Position numbers and translations under genes: made by a program. A model generated the notes under the pieces. The model had not been told where the DNA came from. It worked only from the letters and a program-made list of their open reading frames with translations, and did no database searches. A DNA stretch of 41,583 bases from Octopus sinensis (lineage: Eukaryota), in NCBI RefSeq assembly GCF_006345805.1, contig NW_021835302.1, positions 1 to 41,583 on the forward strand, given 5' to 3'. Shown here one piece after another: positions 22,600-35,129 of the stretch. How positions within the stretch are numbered: position 1 is the stretch's first letter; each line of letters begins with the position of its first letter.

Positions 22600-23124
22600 C
22601 TTAAAAACACCCAAAAGACAAGCAAGAAGACTATGTATGTGTGTATGTATGTGTGTATTTATGTGAGTATTTATGTATGTATGTATGTATGTATGTAATG
22701 CATGCATGCATGCGTCTGTGTGTGTATATACATATGTGTGCATGCATGCAGTTATGCATACATGTATGTTTGTATGTATGTATGTATACATGTACGTATG
22801 TATGTGTGTGTGTTTGTATGTATGAATGTATGCACGTGTGTATATATGTAAAAATGTATGTGTGTGTGTGTTTGTATGTATACATGTATGTATGCACACA
22901 TATGCATGTATGTATGTATGTGTGTATGTATGAATGTATGTATGTATGTATGTAGGCATGTATGTATGCATGAATGTATTTATGCATGTATGCATGTATG
23001 TATATACGCATGCATGTGTGTATGTATGCATGTATGTATATATACACACACACACAAAGTAAAAACTTCAAAACTCCTTCAATGTGATTTTTATGCGTGT
23101 GAGAATGAGAGCGACAAGTTCCAG

Positions 23125-23160
<36 letters not shown>

Positions 23161-23553
23161 CCAAATTCAGCTTGCAAAGTACTGGGCAACCTGAAGTGCT
23201 GTGCAGCAGAATTGAACCCAGAACCATGTGGCTACACAGTAAGCTTCTTAATCACACTCGGTGCTTGCTTCAATTATTCTGAACAAGTTCGTCATTTGTT
23301 ATTTGGTGTGTGTGTGTGTGTGTCTATATATAATCTTTCGCTTTCAATAAAAGTGTGTGTGTGTGTATTTTTGTGTGCGCATATATATATATTATATATA
23401 GTATTTATATATATATTATATATAAGCACACACACACACACTATATATATATATATATATGCACACACACCACACACATATATATATATACACCACACAC
23501 ACACATATATTATATATATATACCCACACACACACACATATATATATATATAT

Positions 23554-23584
<31 letters not shown>

Positions 23585-23598
23585 CAACACACACACAT

Positions 23599-23630
<32 letters not shown>

Positions 23631-25017
23631 GAACACACACATATATATATACACACCACACACATAATATATATAATATATATATATATATAACACACAC
23701 ACATATATTATATACACCCATATATATATATATATCTCAAGTAACTTACTTAATGACACTTATTTAATGGCCAACATTATATAGATATATCAATGAAAAA
23801 CAAGGAAAATGTTACGTGTGTGTGTGTGTGGTGTGTGTGTGTGTGTTTGTGTGTGTGTTCATAAATCTCAGTAAGTATAGTAATGTGTTTGTGTGTGTGA
23901 GCAAAATAAAAAGTCGAAATATTTTTCCTTCTTGCTTATTCAAAAAGATATAAAAGATATCGAAGACATATAAATCCAAACTGTAGATATTACATCTCTC
24001 TTTATGAATTCCCTCGTTGGATGGTCTGCGATATTCAGGAGGAGATGTAAGCAATTTTATTGCTGATCTTTCAAATATTTGTCATCTCACAAATATTTCC
24101 AATTTATAAAGAAACACATAAAAAAAACAACATCTTTATTGATATTTTGTGACTCACAGTCGTGAAATAAGCCAATGTGATAAATCCCCCCGATACCTCG
24201 ATATAGTGTGAGATAAATCTATTTCTTTACTCCAGTGATGTTTTGTGAGGAAAAAGGCCATTAAGGTGAAAAATCTTGACTTCAGCAAACCCAGGAGAAA
24301 AAACTGTGAGGTAAAAATTGTTTGTCTTCATGGCAGTCTTGACTTTTTAACCAAAGTGTCAAACTTTGTCAATTATTTATCGAATTAAATGTTACTGCTC
24401 TGATTTTGGTGCCTACAATTTGTTTCGGTTGAGAGACACTGTATAACACAGACAGTCTCCTGCCAATTCTGTCACATCACACACTATACACTATCACATG
24501 GTTTAACTTTCAAACTTTAACCCCTTCTCGTTAAATCTGTCTGCCCCCTAAATATTTTTATTGCATTCAGACATCATTTTGATTTTTAAGGCTTACTCAG
24601 AGAAGGGAACGCTGCACCTTTGCCCCTTTATAGAGCCTTCAAAACAGGCAGAGGGGATAGAGGCTGTTACTCTCTACAAGATATCTGCCTTGAATACTTG
24701 CAACAGGGTGGACTGCCCTAAAAGCACCTGTAACAGATCAGTTCTCTCAGAAAACTGAACCTATAATCAAACTATCTGGATAAAGGATTGGTTTTAGCCA
24801 ACAATGCCATATTTAATCCTTCAGCATTCGGAAATGATCAAGCTTTGGGATTTCAATGATTTGATTGCTTATTTTTAGAATGACATTGTCAGGTAGTGTG
24901 AGAGGCCAGATCTGGCCAGGTTGAACATAAAACAGGAAGAAGATTATGGCTGGACAAAACCAATTCAATCCTTTAGCATTCAGACTACCCATATCAAATA
25001 TATCGTTTATTTATCCA

Positions 25018-25175
25018 CTGTGTGGTAAGTAGCTTGTTTACCAACCACATGGTTCCGGGTTCAGTCCCACTGCGTGGCATCTTGGGCAAGTGTCTTCTGC
25101 TATAGCCCCGGGCCGACCAATGCCTTGTGAGTGGATTTGGTAGACGGAAACTGAAAGAAGCCTGTCGTATATATG

Positions 25176-25206
<31 letters not shown>

Positions 25207-25414
25207 TTGTTCCCCTAGCATTGCTTGATAACCAATGCTGGTGTGTTTACGTCCCCCGTCACTTAGCGGTTCGGCAAAAAGAGACCGATAGAATAAGTAC
25301 TGGGCTTACAAAAAGAATAAGTCCCGGGGTCGAGTTGATCGACTAAAGGCGGTGCTCCAGCATGGCCGCAGTCAAATGACTGAAACAAGTAAAAGAGTAA
25401 AAGAGTAAAGAGTA
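25018..25414 (+). mobile_element. SINE family A, 5'-clipped
   Basis: Family A sequence. Confidence 0.85.
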
Positions 25415-25670
25415 TTGTTTTTAATTAATCATTCATTATCTCATAGCTTTGAGATTTCAATGATGTGATTATTTAGTTTTAGAATGACATTGTAGGGTAA
25501 GTGGGATAGGCCAGATCTTGCTTATTTGAACATAAAACAGGTAAAATATTTAGGCTAGATATGGTCTGTCTAAAAGCTAATGGGTTAACAATCTTGGCTG
25601 AATAACTGCAAGTGTGAAATGGCCAATACAAATGGTAGACAACCTCTTTCGACATTTATTTCAACCAATA

Positions 25671-26066
25671 GGCGCAGGAATGGCTGTGTGGTAAGTAGCT
25701 TGTTTACCAACCACATGGTTCCGGGTTCAGTCCCACTGCGTGGCACCTTGGGCAAGTGTCTTCTACTATAGCCTCGGGCCAACCAAAGCCTTGTGAGTGG
25801 ATTTGGTAGACGGAAACTGAAAGAAGCCTGTCGTATATATGTATATATATATGTGTTTGTGTGTCTGTGTTTGTCCCCCTAGCATTGCTTGACAACCGAT
25901 GCTGGCGTGTTTATGTCCCCGTAACTTAGCGGTTCGGCAAAAGAGACCGATAGAATAAGTACTGGGCTTACCAAAGAATAAGTCCCGGTAAAGGCGGTGC
26001 TCCAGCATGGCCGCAGTCAAATGACTGAAACAAGTAAAAGAGTAAAAGAGAAAAGAGAAAAGAGTA
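25671..26066 (+). mobile_element. SINE family A
   Basis: Family A sequence with a small 3' deletion. Confidence 0.85.
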
Positions 26067-26279
26067 ATAACATCTTGTGGTGGTTGTGATAAAATGTTGG
26101 CTGACTTCAGGTCCTGACTTCTATTGTATTTCCTTGAGTCAAAATGCAAATAGAACGTTCTAGACTTCAGTAATTTTTGTAATTTTGTGATTCGAATCTC
26201 TCATTAGGAGTCATCATAATACAGCTGAGAGGCAGAGACTCCAGCTGGGTCATTCAAAGTCATTTCTTATCTTCTTTCT

Positions 26280-26695
26280 TTACTCTCTTTACTCTTTTAC
26301 TTGTTTCAGTCATTTGACTGCGGCCATGCTGGAGCACCACCTTTAGTCGAGCAAATCGACCCCGGGACTTATTCTTTGTAAGCCCAGTACTTATTCTATC
26401 GGTCTCTTTTGCCAAACCGCTAAGTGACGGAGACGTAAACACACCAGCTTCGGTTGTCAAGCAATGCTAGGGGGACAAACACAGACACACAAACAAATAC
26501 ACACACACTTATATATATATATAAATATATACGACAGGCTTCTTTTCAGTTTCCGTCTACCAAATCCACTCACAAGGCATTGGTCGGCCCGGGGCTATAG
26601 CAGAAGACACTTGCTCAAGGTGCCACACAGTGGGACTGAACCCGGAACCATGTGGTTGGTTAGCAAGCTACTTACCACACAGCCACTCTTGCACC
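26280..26695 (-). mobile_element. SINE family A
   Basis: Reverse complement, full length. Confidence 0.85.
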
Positions 26696-27291
26696 TACAG
26701 GGCAACCTGAATCATTCCATCTCTCTTTCACAAATTCAATGGAAGACACAGCAACACACATTTATTTAACAGACATTCCACTTTATATACACTAGGTATT
26801 CTTTTACTTGTTTCAGTCATTGGACTGTGGCCATGCTGGAGCACCATCTTAAAGAGTTTTAATCGAAGAAATCGGCATCAGAACTTATTCCTCGTAAGCA
26901 TAGTACTTATTCTATAGGTTGCTTTTGCCAAACAGCTAAGTTACAGAGACATAAACACACCAACATCGGCTGTCAAGTGATGGTGGGGGAACAAACACAG
27001 ACACAAAGACACACACACATTAATACATACACACACATATGCAGTAATCCTTTGCCATATCACAGTTCTCCTATGGCGGCCTCAGTACATCAGGGATCTT
27101 TCTGGCTAATCTATGGAAATTTATATCGCAGGTTTCTGCAGCCAATAGGTATTTATATTTTTTTAGATTTTAATTATTTCTGTGGTAAGATAAGCATTTT
27201 AACGCCTAAAAATTAATAAATTCATAGATGAAAATAGAGTACAGCACTGCACTGTATAACACATTAATTAAAATATTATTAAAAGAAAATA

Positions 27292-27703
27292 GGCGCAGGA
27301 GTGGCTGTGTGGTAAGTGCGCTTGCTAACCAACAACGGTTCCGGGTTCAGTCCCACTGCGTGACACCTTGGACAAGTGTCTTCTACTATAGCCCCTTGCG
27401 CCGACCAATGCCTTGTGAGTGGATTTGGTAGATGGAAACGAAAGAAGCCCCGTCGTGTATATAATATATATATTTGTGTGCGGCGTGTGTGTTGTGTATC
27501 TGTGTTTGTCCCCCTAGCATTGCTTGACAACCGATGCTGGTGTGTTTATGTCCCCGTCACTTAGCGGTTCGGCAAAAGAGACCGACAGAATAAGTACTGG
27601 GCTTACAAAGAATAAGTCCCGGGGTCGAGTTGCTCGATTAAAGGTGGTGCTCCAGCATGACCGCAGTCAAATGACTGAAACAAGTAAAAGAGTAAAAGAG
27701 AGT
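27292..27703 (+). mobile_element. SINE family A
   Basis: Full length. Confidence 0.85.
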
Positions 27704-29139
27704 GTACCGCAGATGAATAAACAAAGAATTGTACAGACTTTATGGAAAATGAAATTTGGGAGGTGGGTGAATGTGCAGTGTTTTGCATTTATAATAAAAC
27801 AAGTATATACTAATTACAAAAATAATAAAAGGAAATATGCTGTGTGGTAAGAAGCTTGCTTCTTAACCACATGGTTCTAGGTTCAGTTCCATTGCGTGGC
27901 ACCTTGAGTGTCTTCTGCTGTAGCCTCAGGCTGACCAAAGCCTTGTGAGTGGATTCTGTTGGTCACTTGTACTGAACCACCAAGTTACAGGGAAACAAAC
28001 AAACCAACACTGGTTCTCAAGTGGTGGGGTATATCAAACACAAAAGTACACAGATACACACACACACACATTTATATACACAAAAACAGCAACAGAAATC
28101 ACACAATATGCATGCACATGCACACACACACACACACACCAGATATAAATATATTTAATATACATACATATAAACACATACATATATATTTCTTTTCATT
28201 TCGACCATCTCTGACAAACACCGAGTTACGTAATCAGATTGTTAGCTAACTCTCCGTTGAATCCCTAGCACGAAACCAATTGGTATGATTGGCCATAATG
28301 GGTATATAATACACTTCAGATAATATATATATATATAAAAGAGGTGAGGAGCGAAATTCTTCAAAGGGATGTCAAACATCCAAGTCCACCAGTCCAGTCC
28401 AAGCAAAGAATCATCATCATCATCATCATCATCGTTTTAACGTCCGTTTTGGATGGTTCGACCGGGGTCTGGGAAGCCAGGGGCTGCACCAGGCTCCAGT
28501 CTTATCTGGCAGAGTTTCTACAGCTGGATGCCCTTCCTAACGCCAACCACTCCGTATTTTCAAAAACCTGGATTATGAATTAAAGACAATCTACAACTAC
28601 AATTTTTTTCCTTTCCTTATACTTCACTTATGTGTTGTGTGTGTGTGTGTCATAGAAGTATAGGTGTTAATGTATTACAGCTGTTTCCAACGACCCTTCA
28701 TTGATTAATGGAAACATCATTGCAAAGGAACCGTTTTCATCAAATGAATTCATGAACTTCAAACACAGAAGACAATTTGACTGGTTTACCAGAGCTACAA
28801 ATTCACAGAACAACAATATTTATATTGATTTCTGCCACTGTTCAGTTGGCAAAATGAATTTAGCAGAATAGTGTATACTTGGTCAGAACAAAAGGAATTT
28901 TAGGGGTTATTAGAATTTATAGTTGGGGGAAGAAGTAAATGACCCAAGCAACCCAGTTTCTTAGCAATGATGTAATGTTTCCATCGGAAACGGCTGTAAT
29001 GGATTGACACCTATTCTTCTTTGTTATTCAATTATATTTTGTTCACCTATCCTAGAATCTGCACTTCATAAATATTACAGACAATATTTTCAATATAAAG
29101 TACATGTCTGAATAGCTAAGGGTAGATTTCTTCACTCAG

Positions 29140-29460
29140 CTGGGTCTTATCTGCAGACACTGCAAGAATATCACATGGCTGGCACTTATGCACCAAGTTT
29201 AATATTCACCTAATATCGTTGAGTGTGCATGTTATATCCAGCATGAAGAACTTAAGCGAGCTGTGCGAAAGCGCATGGCTCGTATAGTGAATGGGGAAAG
29301 CTTGGTCTGCAATGTTTGCAGTCATGTATGCTTGTCAAGAGCAGGGCTCATTAGCCACCAACGGAGCCGCAAATGCAAAATATTTGTTAGTCCTAGAGCG
29401 CACAATGTTCCTGAAGGTTGGCAATGGTCTTCCTCGGTCACGAGTGGATGGCCATCATCA
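29140..29460 (+). mobile_element. RTE(-BovB-like) LINE 3' end
   Basis: C-terminal zinc-finger-like CNVCSHVCLSRAGLISHQRS, short 3'UTR, (CAT)n tail. Confidence 0.75.
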
Positions 29461-29482
29461 TATATATATATACGAACACATA

Positions 29483-29707
29483 CAGGGTTGGCCTAAATGT
29501 CATCTGAGAGTAAATCAAAACCATTAAATTCCAAGTTTTAACAACTGAATGGATTTAATAAAAAGCATCTAAATATGAAACATCATGAAAATTGTTCAAA
29601 TTGAAGTCCTTCTTGAGCAACACCATTTTCCTATTTAAGCCAATACAGAATTTCAGATAGTATTTATGGAAGTTTGATTTACTGTCGGTGACTTCTGGCC
29701 AAACCTG
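29483..29707. mobile_element. Tc1/mariner-type MITE
   Basis: TA|CAGGGTTGGCCTAAATGTCATC ... GGTGACTTCTGGCCAAACCTG imperfect TIRs. Confidence 0.6.
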
Positions 29708-29811
29708 TGTATACATATACACATATACATACATACATATATATAATATATATGCGCACGTGTGTATATATATATCTAACATATATAATATATTATATAT
29801 ATATATATATA

Positions 29812-30005
29812 GTTGGAATTTACAAAAACAAACAAAACAAAAGACAAAGACGGGTGTGTAAACAACAAACAGATGTATTAGTTTAACGCTCGGGAAGTGA
29901 TAAAGTCATTTACGTTTTGAGCCTATGCTCTTCGACAGAAAGGAACACAGAAATAAACAGGGAGAGAAAATAAAAAATGGTATAGTGGCTAGCAATCATA
30001 TCATT
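29812..30005 (-). mobile_element. Penelope-like remnant family P1 (motif 29907-29942)
   Basis: On the minus strand CTTT-CTGTCGA-A-GAGC(ATAG)GCTC-AAAAC-GTA-AATG. Confidence 0.55.
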
Positions 30006-30184
30006 AAAGGCGTGAAACTGAGTTTTAGTAATTGGTTGATAACTAATGAAGAATTAGGGACCTTCTGTGTTTGTCTCCCGTCCAGTTTTTACACTTAGTA
30101 TACGTAATGTTGTGTGTTTATTTTTACCATGCATTTTTTTTCATTATTAAGTAATGGAATGTAACACATCCGAATTTATATATA

Positions 30185-30222
<38 letters not shown>

Positions 30223-30237
30223 TATACTATATATATA

Positions 30238-30668
30238 CTAGCAGCATAGCCCGGCGTTGCCCGGGTATGTAAGAGCCCCTAGTAGGCAACGACTAATCCC
30301 AATCTAGTCCTTTCCCTCTAGGGAACGAAGGGCATGTGTAGGTTGCAATGTCTTCTCTTCACTCGAATACTCCTGTGTATAGATGTTCCTAGCTGTCCCT
30401 TTGGGCGATAAAAAGGCCGAGTTGTTTCCCCTAGACAGAAAATGTGTTGCAATATAAAAAGCTTAGATTCTCGACCCCATGTCAAATTTATCGATTTTTT
30501 TCAGAACTGGGGGAACTTTTCAAAATTTTCGCTGCGTTAGTTTTGAATTATGACATTGGGCTATGTGTGTGTCAAGTTTCATCAGAATCGGTTGAAAGCC
30601 GTGGTCAGGGTGAGGGTACAACCTGACAGACACACAGACAGACAAACTGCCGTTTATATAGAGAGAGA
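30238..30668 (-). mobile_element. Non-autonomous Helitron (different internal sequence)
   Basis: On the minus strand A|TCTCTCTC...CCCGGGCAACGCCGGGCTATGCTGCTAG|T. Confidence 0.8.
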
Positions 30669-30714
30669 TATATATATTCACACGCATATATGTGCATAGA
30701 CAGAGGTAACTTAC

Positions 30715-31008
30715 CTTGCAGTTTATGTTCGTAGCAGTCAACATCGTGCTCCGACATGGTTTCCTCTGTTTCATCAATACTCGTTGTCCACAAACAGTTT
30801 TGTGGAGTTGCCCGTGGAACCTGATTACTAGAATGTTCCGTTTCAGGGGGATTTGACACGTCGGCTCGTATTGCTCCTCGTACATTCTTCTCTAACCACT
30901 GCCTTGCTCTTGGCAACATTGGAGAATGCTGGTTCCTTAGGAACTCTGAACCTCCTCCATCAACGTGTGATGATGGCATGTTGAATTTAAATTGGATGAT
31001 TCCTTCCC
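30715..31008 (-). CDS. Coding exon of an unidentified gene: (G)EGIIQFKFNMPSSHVDGGGSEFLRNQHSPMLPRARQWLEKNVRGAIRADVSNPPETEHSSNQVPRATPQNCLWTTSIDETEETMSEHDVDCYEHKLQ
   Basis: Strong acceptor (tctctttctttatttgcag|) and donor (CAAG|gtaagt). 294 nt (98 codons), open throughout, phase 1-1, non-repetitive. The ATG at 30979 has A at -3 and may be the start. Protein not recognised. Confidence 0.7.
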
Positions 31009-31579
31009 CTGCAAATAAAGAAAGAGACTCTCAGAGACAATGACTACTAACGAAGTATATAACGAGACTTTCTACTATAGACAAAAGGACTGAAATTTTC
31101 AGGGATCGGGTAGTCAATTACATCAACCCCAGTGCATAACTGGTACCTATTTTATCGACCCTGAAAGGAAGAAAGACAAAGTCGGCTGATCCCAGGTCGT
31201 AAAGACAGACAAAATACTGCTAAGCATTTTGTCCAACGCACAAACGGTTCCGTTACTTAAACATTTTCTTAGATTAATCCTGGATTATCTTGCAGCTTCA
31301 AGACTTCAATGATGCAATTGTTTATTCTTAGAATGACATTGTAGGGTAGGTGTGAAAGGGTGGATCTAGCCAGTTTGAATTTAAAACAAGTAGAATATAT
31401 GGGCTGGTTTAAGTACTAAAGAGTCAAAGAGAAACCACCTCAGTAGTTTAGAAGGGAATTTGAAGATGAAGGGCAATTTCTCCTGCCTTCAGACCCCTAA
31501 CACCATCCTCAACAATCACTCTTGATCAATCTTTTAGGTTTTAAGGAAAATATAGTGTGTGTGTGTGTGTATGTATGTA

Positions 31580-31902
31580 AATGAGTACTCCATCAGTTAC
31601 AAAGTTGAGGGTTCCAGTAGATACGATCAACAGAACAGCTTGCTTGTGAAATTAATGTGCAAGTGGCTGAGCACTCCACAGACACGTGTACCCCTAACGT
31701 AGTTCTCAGGCAGATTCAGTGTGACACAGAGTGTGATAAGGCTGGCCCGTTGAAATACAGGTACGACTCATTTCTGCCAGCTGAGTGGACTGGAGCAACG
31801 TGAAATAAAGTGTCTTGGTCAAGGACACAATGCATTGCCGGGAATTGAACTCATGACCTTATGATCATGAGCCGAATACCCTAACCACTAAGCCACACAC
31901 CT

Positions 31903-31906
<4 letters not shown>
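31580..31906 (-). mobile_element. tRNA-derived SINE family D
   Basis: Head GTGTGTGGCTTAGTGGTTAGGG, CORE-like TCCTTGACCAAGACACTT. Other copies at ~12985-13300 (+) and ~21813-22080 (+). Confidence 0.75.
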
Positions 31907-31993
<87 letters not shown>

Positions 31994-32126
31994 ATATTAT
32001 ATATATGAGTACGGGACACGTTTATATGCTGTAATTTTTACAACTTTTAATAAAGCCTGTCCTTGTATGAAACGATTGTACTAAAAACCTATCCATTCTT
32101 GTTGCTTCTTTCTCGCGTTATATATT

Positions 32127-33872
32127 GGCTTAGATTTCCTTGGCGGGCTGGCCATATCGGAGCAATCTCAAGTTAATCACCGAAATTGCTAAGATGATCT
32201 GGTTCTTGACTGATGACTGAGGGCTTCGAATGTCCCGTCCTGTGGTTCTTGTGTCGTCTCTGTGGTGTTTCATGTTCTTGTCCATGTCTGTAATTAATTT
32301 TACTGTTTACCTATATACGGCGGCTACGTATCCACATTGTCCTTATACGATAGTATATTTTTTTCTCAAGCTTTGATACGACTCTTAATCTGTCTCTTTT
32401 TCTCTCTCTCTCTCTCTCCCTCCTTATTCCACTTCCTTTCTTTCCCTCTCCATCCGTCCCCCCCCCTTTCTACGTTTCTCTATCTCTCTCACCTCCAGCC
32501 CCCTCGATCTGTCTCTTTCTTCTCCTCCCTCGTCCACCTTCTCTCCCTTTTCATCTGTCCCTTTCTCCTGTCTTTTGTTCTCACGTGACAGCTAGCCGCT
32601 GTTGAGCGCTCTTTTCGTTTTCAGCAGCCTCAGAAGCAACACGTATTTGTTCGTCTCCCCGTGGCCTTTAGGCACAACTTCACAAGCCAGCCCCATACTC
32701 AAATCGTCCTGTCGAAAGACCTTGTCCTACGTCCTGGTTTTTTGTTTGTTGTTTATTTTTTATTTTTACCGTTATTGTTTTTACGTTTTTGTATTCTTAT
32801 TGGTGTCACGTATTCTGTATTTTTGTTTGTGTACTTCGATCGTTTTCCGTCCTTTCGTTGTATACATTCGAAGCTTTCTTCCAGGGGATCTAATGCGCTG
32901 GGCTTAGATTTCCCTTGGCGGGCTGGCCATATCGGAGCAATCTCAAGATTAATCAGCCGAAATTGCTAGATGATCTGGTTCTTGACTGATGACTGAGGGC
33001 TTCGAATGTCCCGTCCTGTGGTTCTTGTGTCGTCTCTGTGGTGTTTCATGTTCTTGTCCATGTCTGTATTAATTTTACTGTTTACCTATATATAATCGGC
33101 GGCTACGTATCCACAATTGTCCTTATACGATAAGTATATTTTTTTCTCAAGCTTTGATACGACTCTTATCTGTCTCTTTTTCTCTCTCTCTCTCTCCTCC
33201 TTATTCCACTTCCTTTCTTTCCCTCTCCATCCGTCCCCCCCCCTTTCTACGTTTCTCTATCTCTCTCACCTCCAGCCCCCTCGATCTGTCTCTTTTTCTT
33301 CTCCTCCCTCGTCCACCTTCTCTCCCTCCCTTTTCAATCTGTCCCTTTCTCCTGTCTTTTGTTCTCACGTGACAGCTAGCCGCTGTTGAGCGCTCTTTTC
33401 GTTTTCAGCAGCCTCAGAAGCAACACGTATTTGTTCGTCTCCCCGTGGCCTTTAGCACAACTTCACAAGCCAGCCCCATACTCAAATCGTCCTGTCGAAA
33501 GACCCTTGTCCTACGTCCTGGTTTTGTTTTGTTGTTTATTTTTTATTTTTACCGTTATTGTTTTTACGTTTTTGTATTCTTATTGGTGTCACGTATTCTG
33601 TATTTTTGTTTGTGTACTTCGATCGTTTTCCGTCCTTTCGTTGTATACATTCGAAGCTTTCTTCCAGGGGATCTAATGCGCTTGGCTTAGATTTCCCTTG
33701 GCGGGCTGGCCATATCGGAGCAATCTCAAGATTAATCAGCCGAAATTGCTAAGATGATCTGGTTCTTGACTGATGACTGAGGGCTTCGAATGTCCCGTCC
33801 TGTGGTTCTTGTGTCGTCTCTGTGGTGTTTCATGTTCTTGTCCATGTCTGTAATTAATTTTACTGTTTACCT
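32127..33872. repeat. ~780-bp tandem repeat, 2.25 copies (A-B-A-B-A)
   Basis: Unit starts GGCTTAGATTTCC at ~32127, ~32901 and ~33684. Confidence 0.9.
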
Positions 33873-33874
33873 AC

Positions 33875-33875
33875 C

Positions 33876-33906
<31 letters not shown>

Positions 33907-34400
33907 AAACTGTAGTTGTGTGAGTGTCTGTCCCCTTTGATTTAGATTCCTAACTACTCCCACATTTTGCGGTGCAGTTTAACCAAATTCGGGTATCTTA
34001 TAGTCGTGATTCATATCGAGCCCGTCTGGCTATTAGCGCGCGTCTACGATGAGTCTACGATTTTAAAAATAATTTAACATCATTTTTTATTCTATTTTAA
34101 TGCATAATTTTTCGTGTGTCGATGGCGGCGGAGTTGGCGTCCATGCTCACACCTGCACCTGTTTGCTTCTCCCCCTTCTTCCCTCCCTCGTGAAGCTGTG
34201 GGGGAAGGGAGTGTAAGGAAATCAACGTCGTAAAGCGTTGTCAAGGAGACCAGCGTTCTTTTAGAACAACGACTTGAAGACACCAAAACAGAAATGGCTA
34301 AGAAAGCCCGAATTGGCATCTATAAGGGAAGTAACTCTCTAAAAATGCTTATATAGTTATTTCCCTTACAAACCCGAGCAACGCCGGGCGATACTGCTAG
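33875..34400 (+). mobile_element. Non-autonomous Helitron (same family as 3786-4296)
   Basis: High similarity over ~500 bp and the same hairpin plus CTAG|T end. Confidence 0.85.
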
Positions 34401-34799
34401 TATATATATATATATATATATCATGCTAAATGTATAGTATTAAATATCCATCACTGCATAAGCATCTAAAACCTTGCAAGGGACACTTCAGCTTTTAAAA
34501 TAAACGTGTGTCTGTATGATGCACGCATGCAATTCAAGTCGCAGACATTAGAGACAGGAATCATGCCACCTACACTAGGGGCAGCTCATATTTCCTTAAA
34601 TTCCATACCTCAACTTTGGCAACTGCTAGATCTCATAAGAAATACTAGATTTAATATATTCTACATTTAGAGTTGATAAATATTGGCAATAACATTTTAA
34701 TTGCAAAAAGATATTCCAAAAAAGCATTCAACAACTCAACTCAAGGCCTTCATCTTACTCTCATCAACAAACACTTTGACCAGTAAGCTATGCAGATCT

Positions 34800-35030
34800 C
34801 TCTCTCTGTCTATCTATCTATCTATCTATCTATCTGTCTATCTATCTGTCTATCTATCTATCTATCTATCTGTCTATCTATCTATCTATCTATGCATCTA
34901 TCTGTCTATCTATCTGTCTGTCTATTTATCTGTCTATCTATCTATCTATCTGTCTATCTATCTGTCTATCTATCTATCTGTCTGTCTATCTATCTATCTG
35001 TCTATCAATCTTTCTGTCTGTCTGTCTGTC
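34800..35030. repeat. (TCTA)/(TCTG) tetranucleotide microsatellite
   Basis: Seen directly in the sequence. Confidence 0.95.
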
Positions 35031-35129
35031 TGTTCTCCTTTTTTTCCAGTTTTTTCACAAATAAAGATCTTTAAATCCAGTCTTTTCTGCTCTCGTTTCC
35101 ATGTTGCGTATTGTTGTGCACGTACTTAC

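Noticed and set aside
23948-24046. Plus-strand 99-nt exon candidate (YKRYRRHINPNCRYYISLYEFPRWMVCDIQEE)
   Set aside because: Weak AAG acceptor, opposite strand to the best-supported exon, and no partner exons.
24561-24758. 65-aa plus-strand ORF with an acceptor-like site
   Set aside because: No convincing donor or recognisable motif; the minus-strand frames are closed.
32210-32240. CTGATGA...GAAT-GTC as a hammerhead in the 780-bp repeat
   Set aside because: Stem II and stem I could not be formed by hand.
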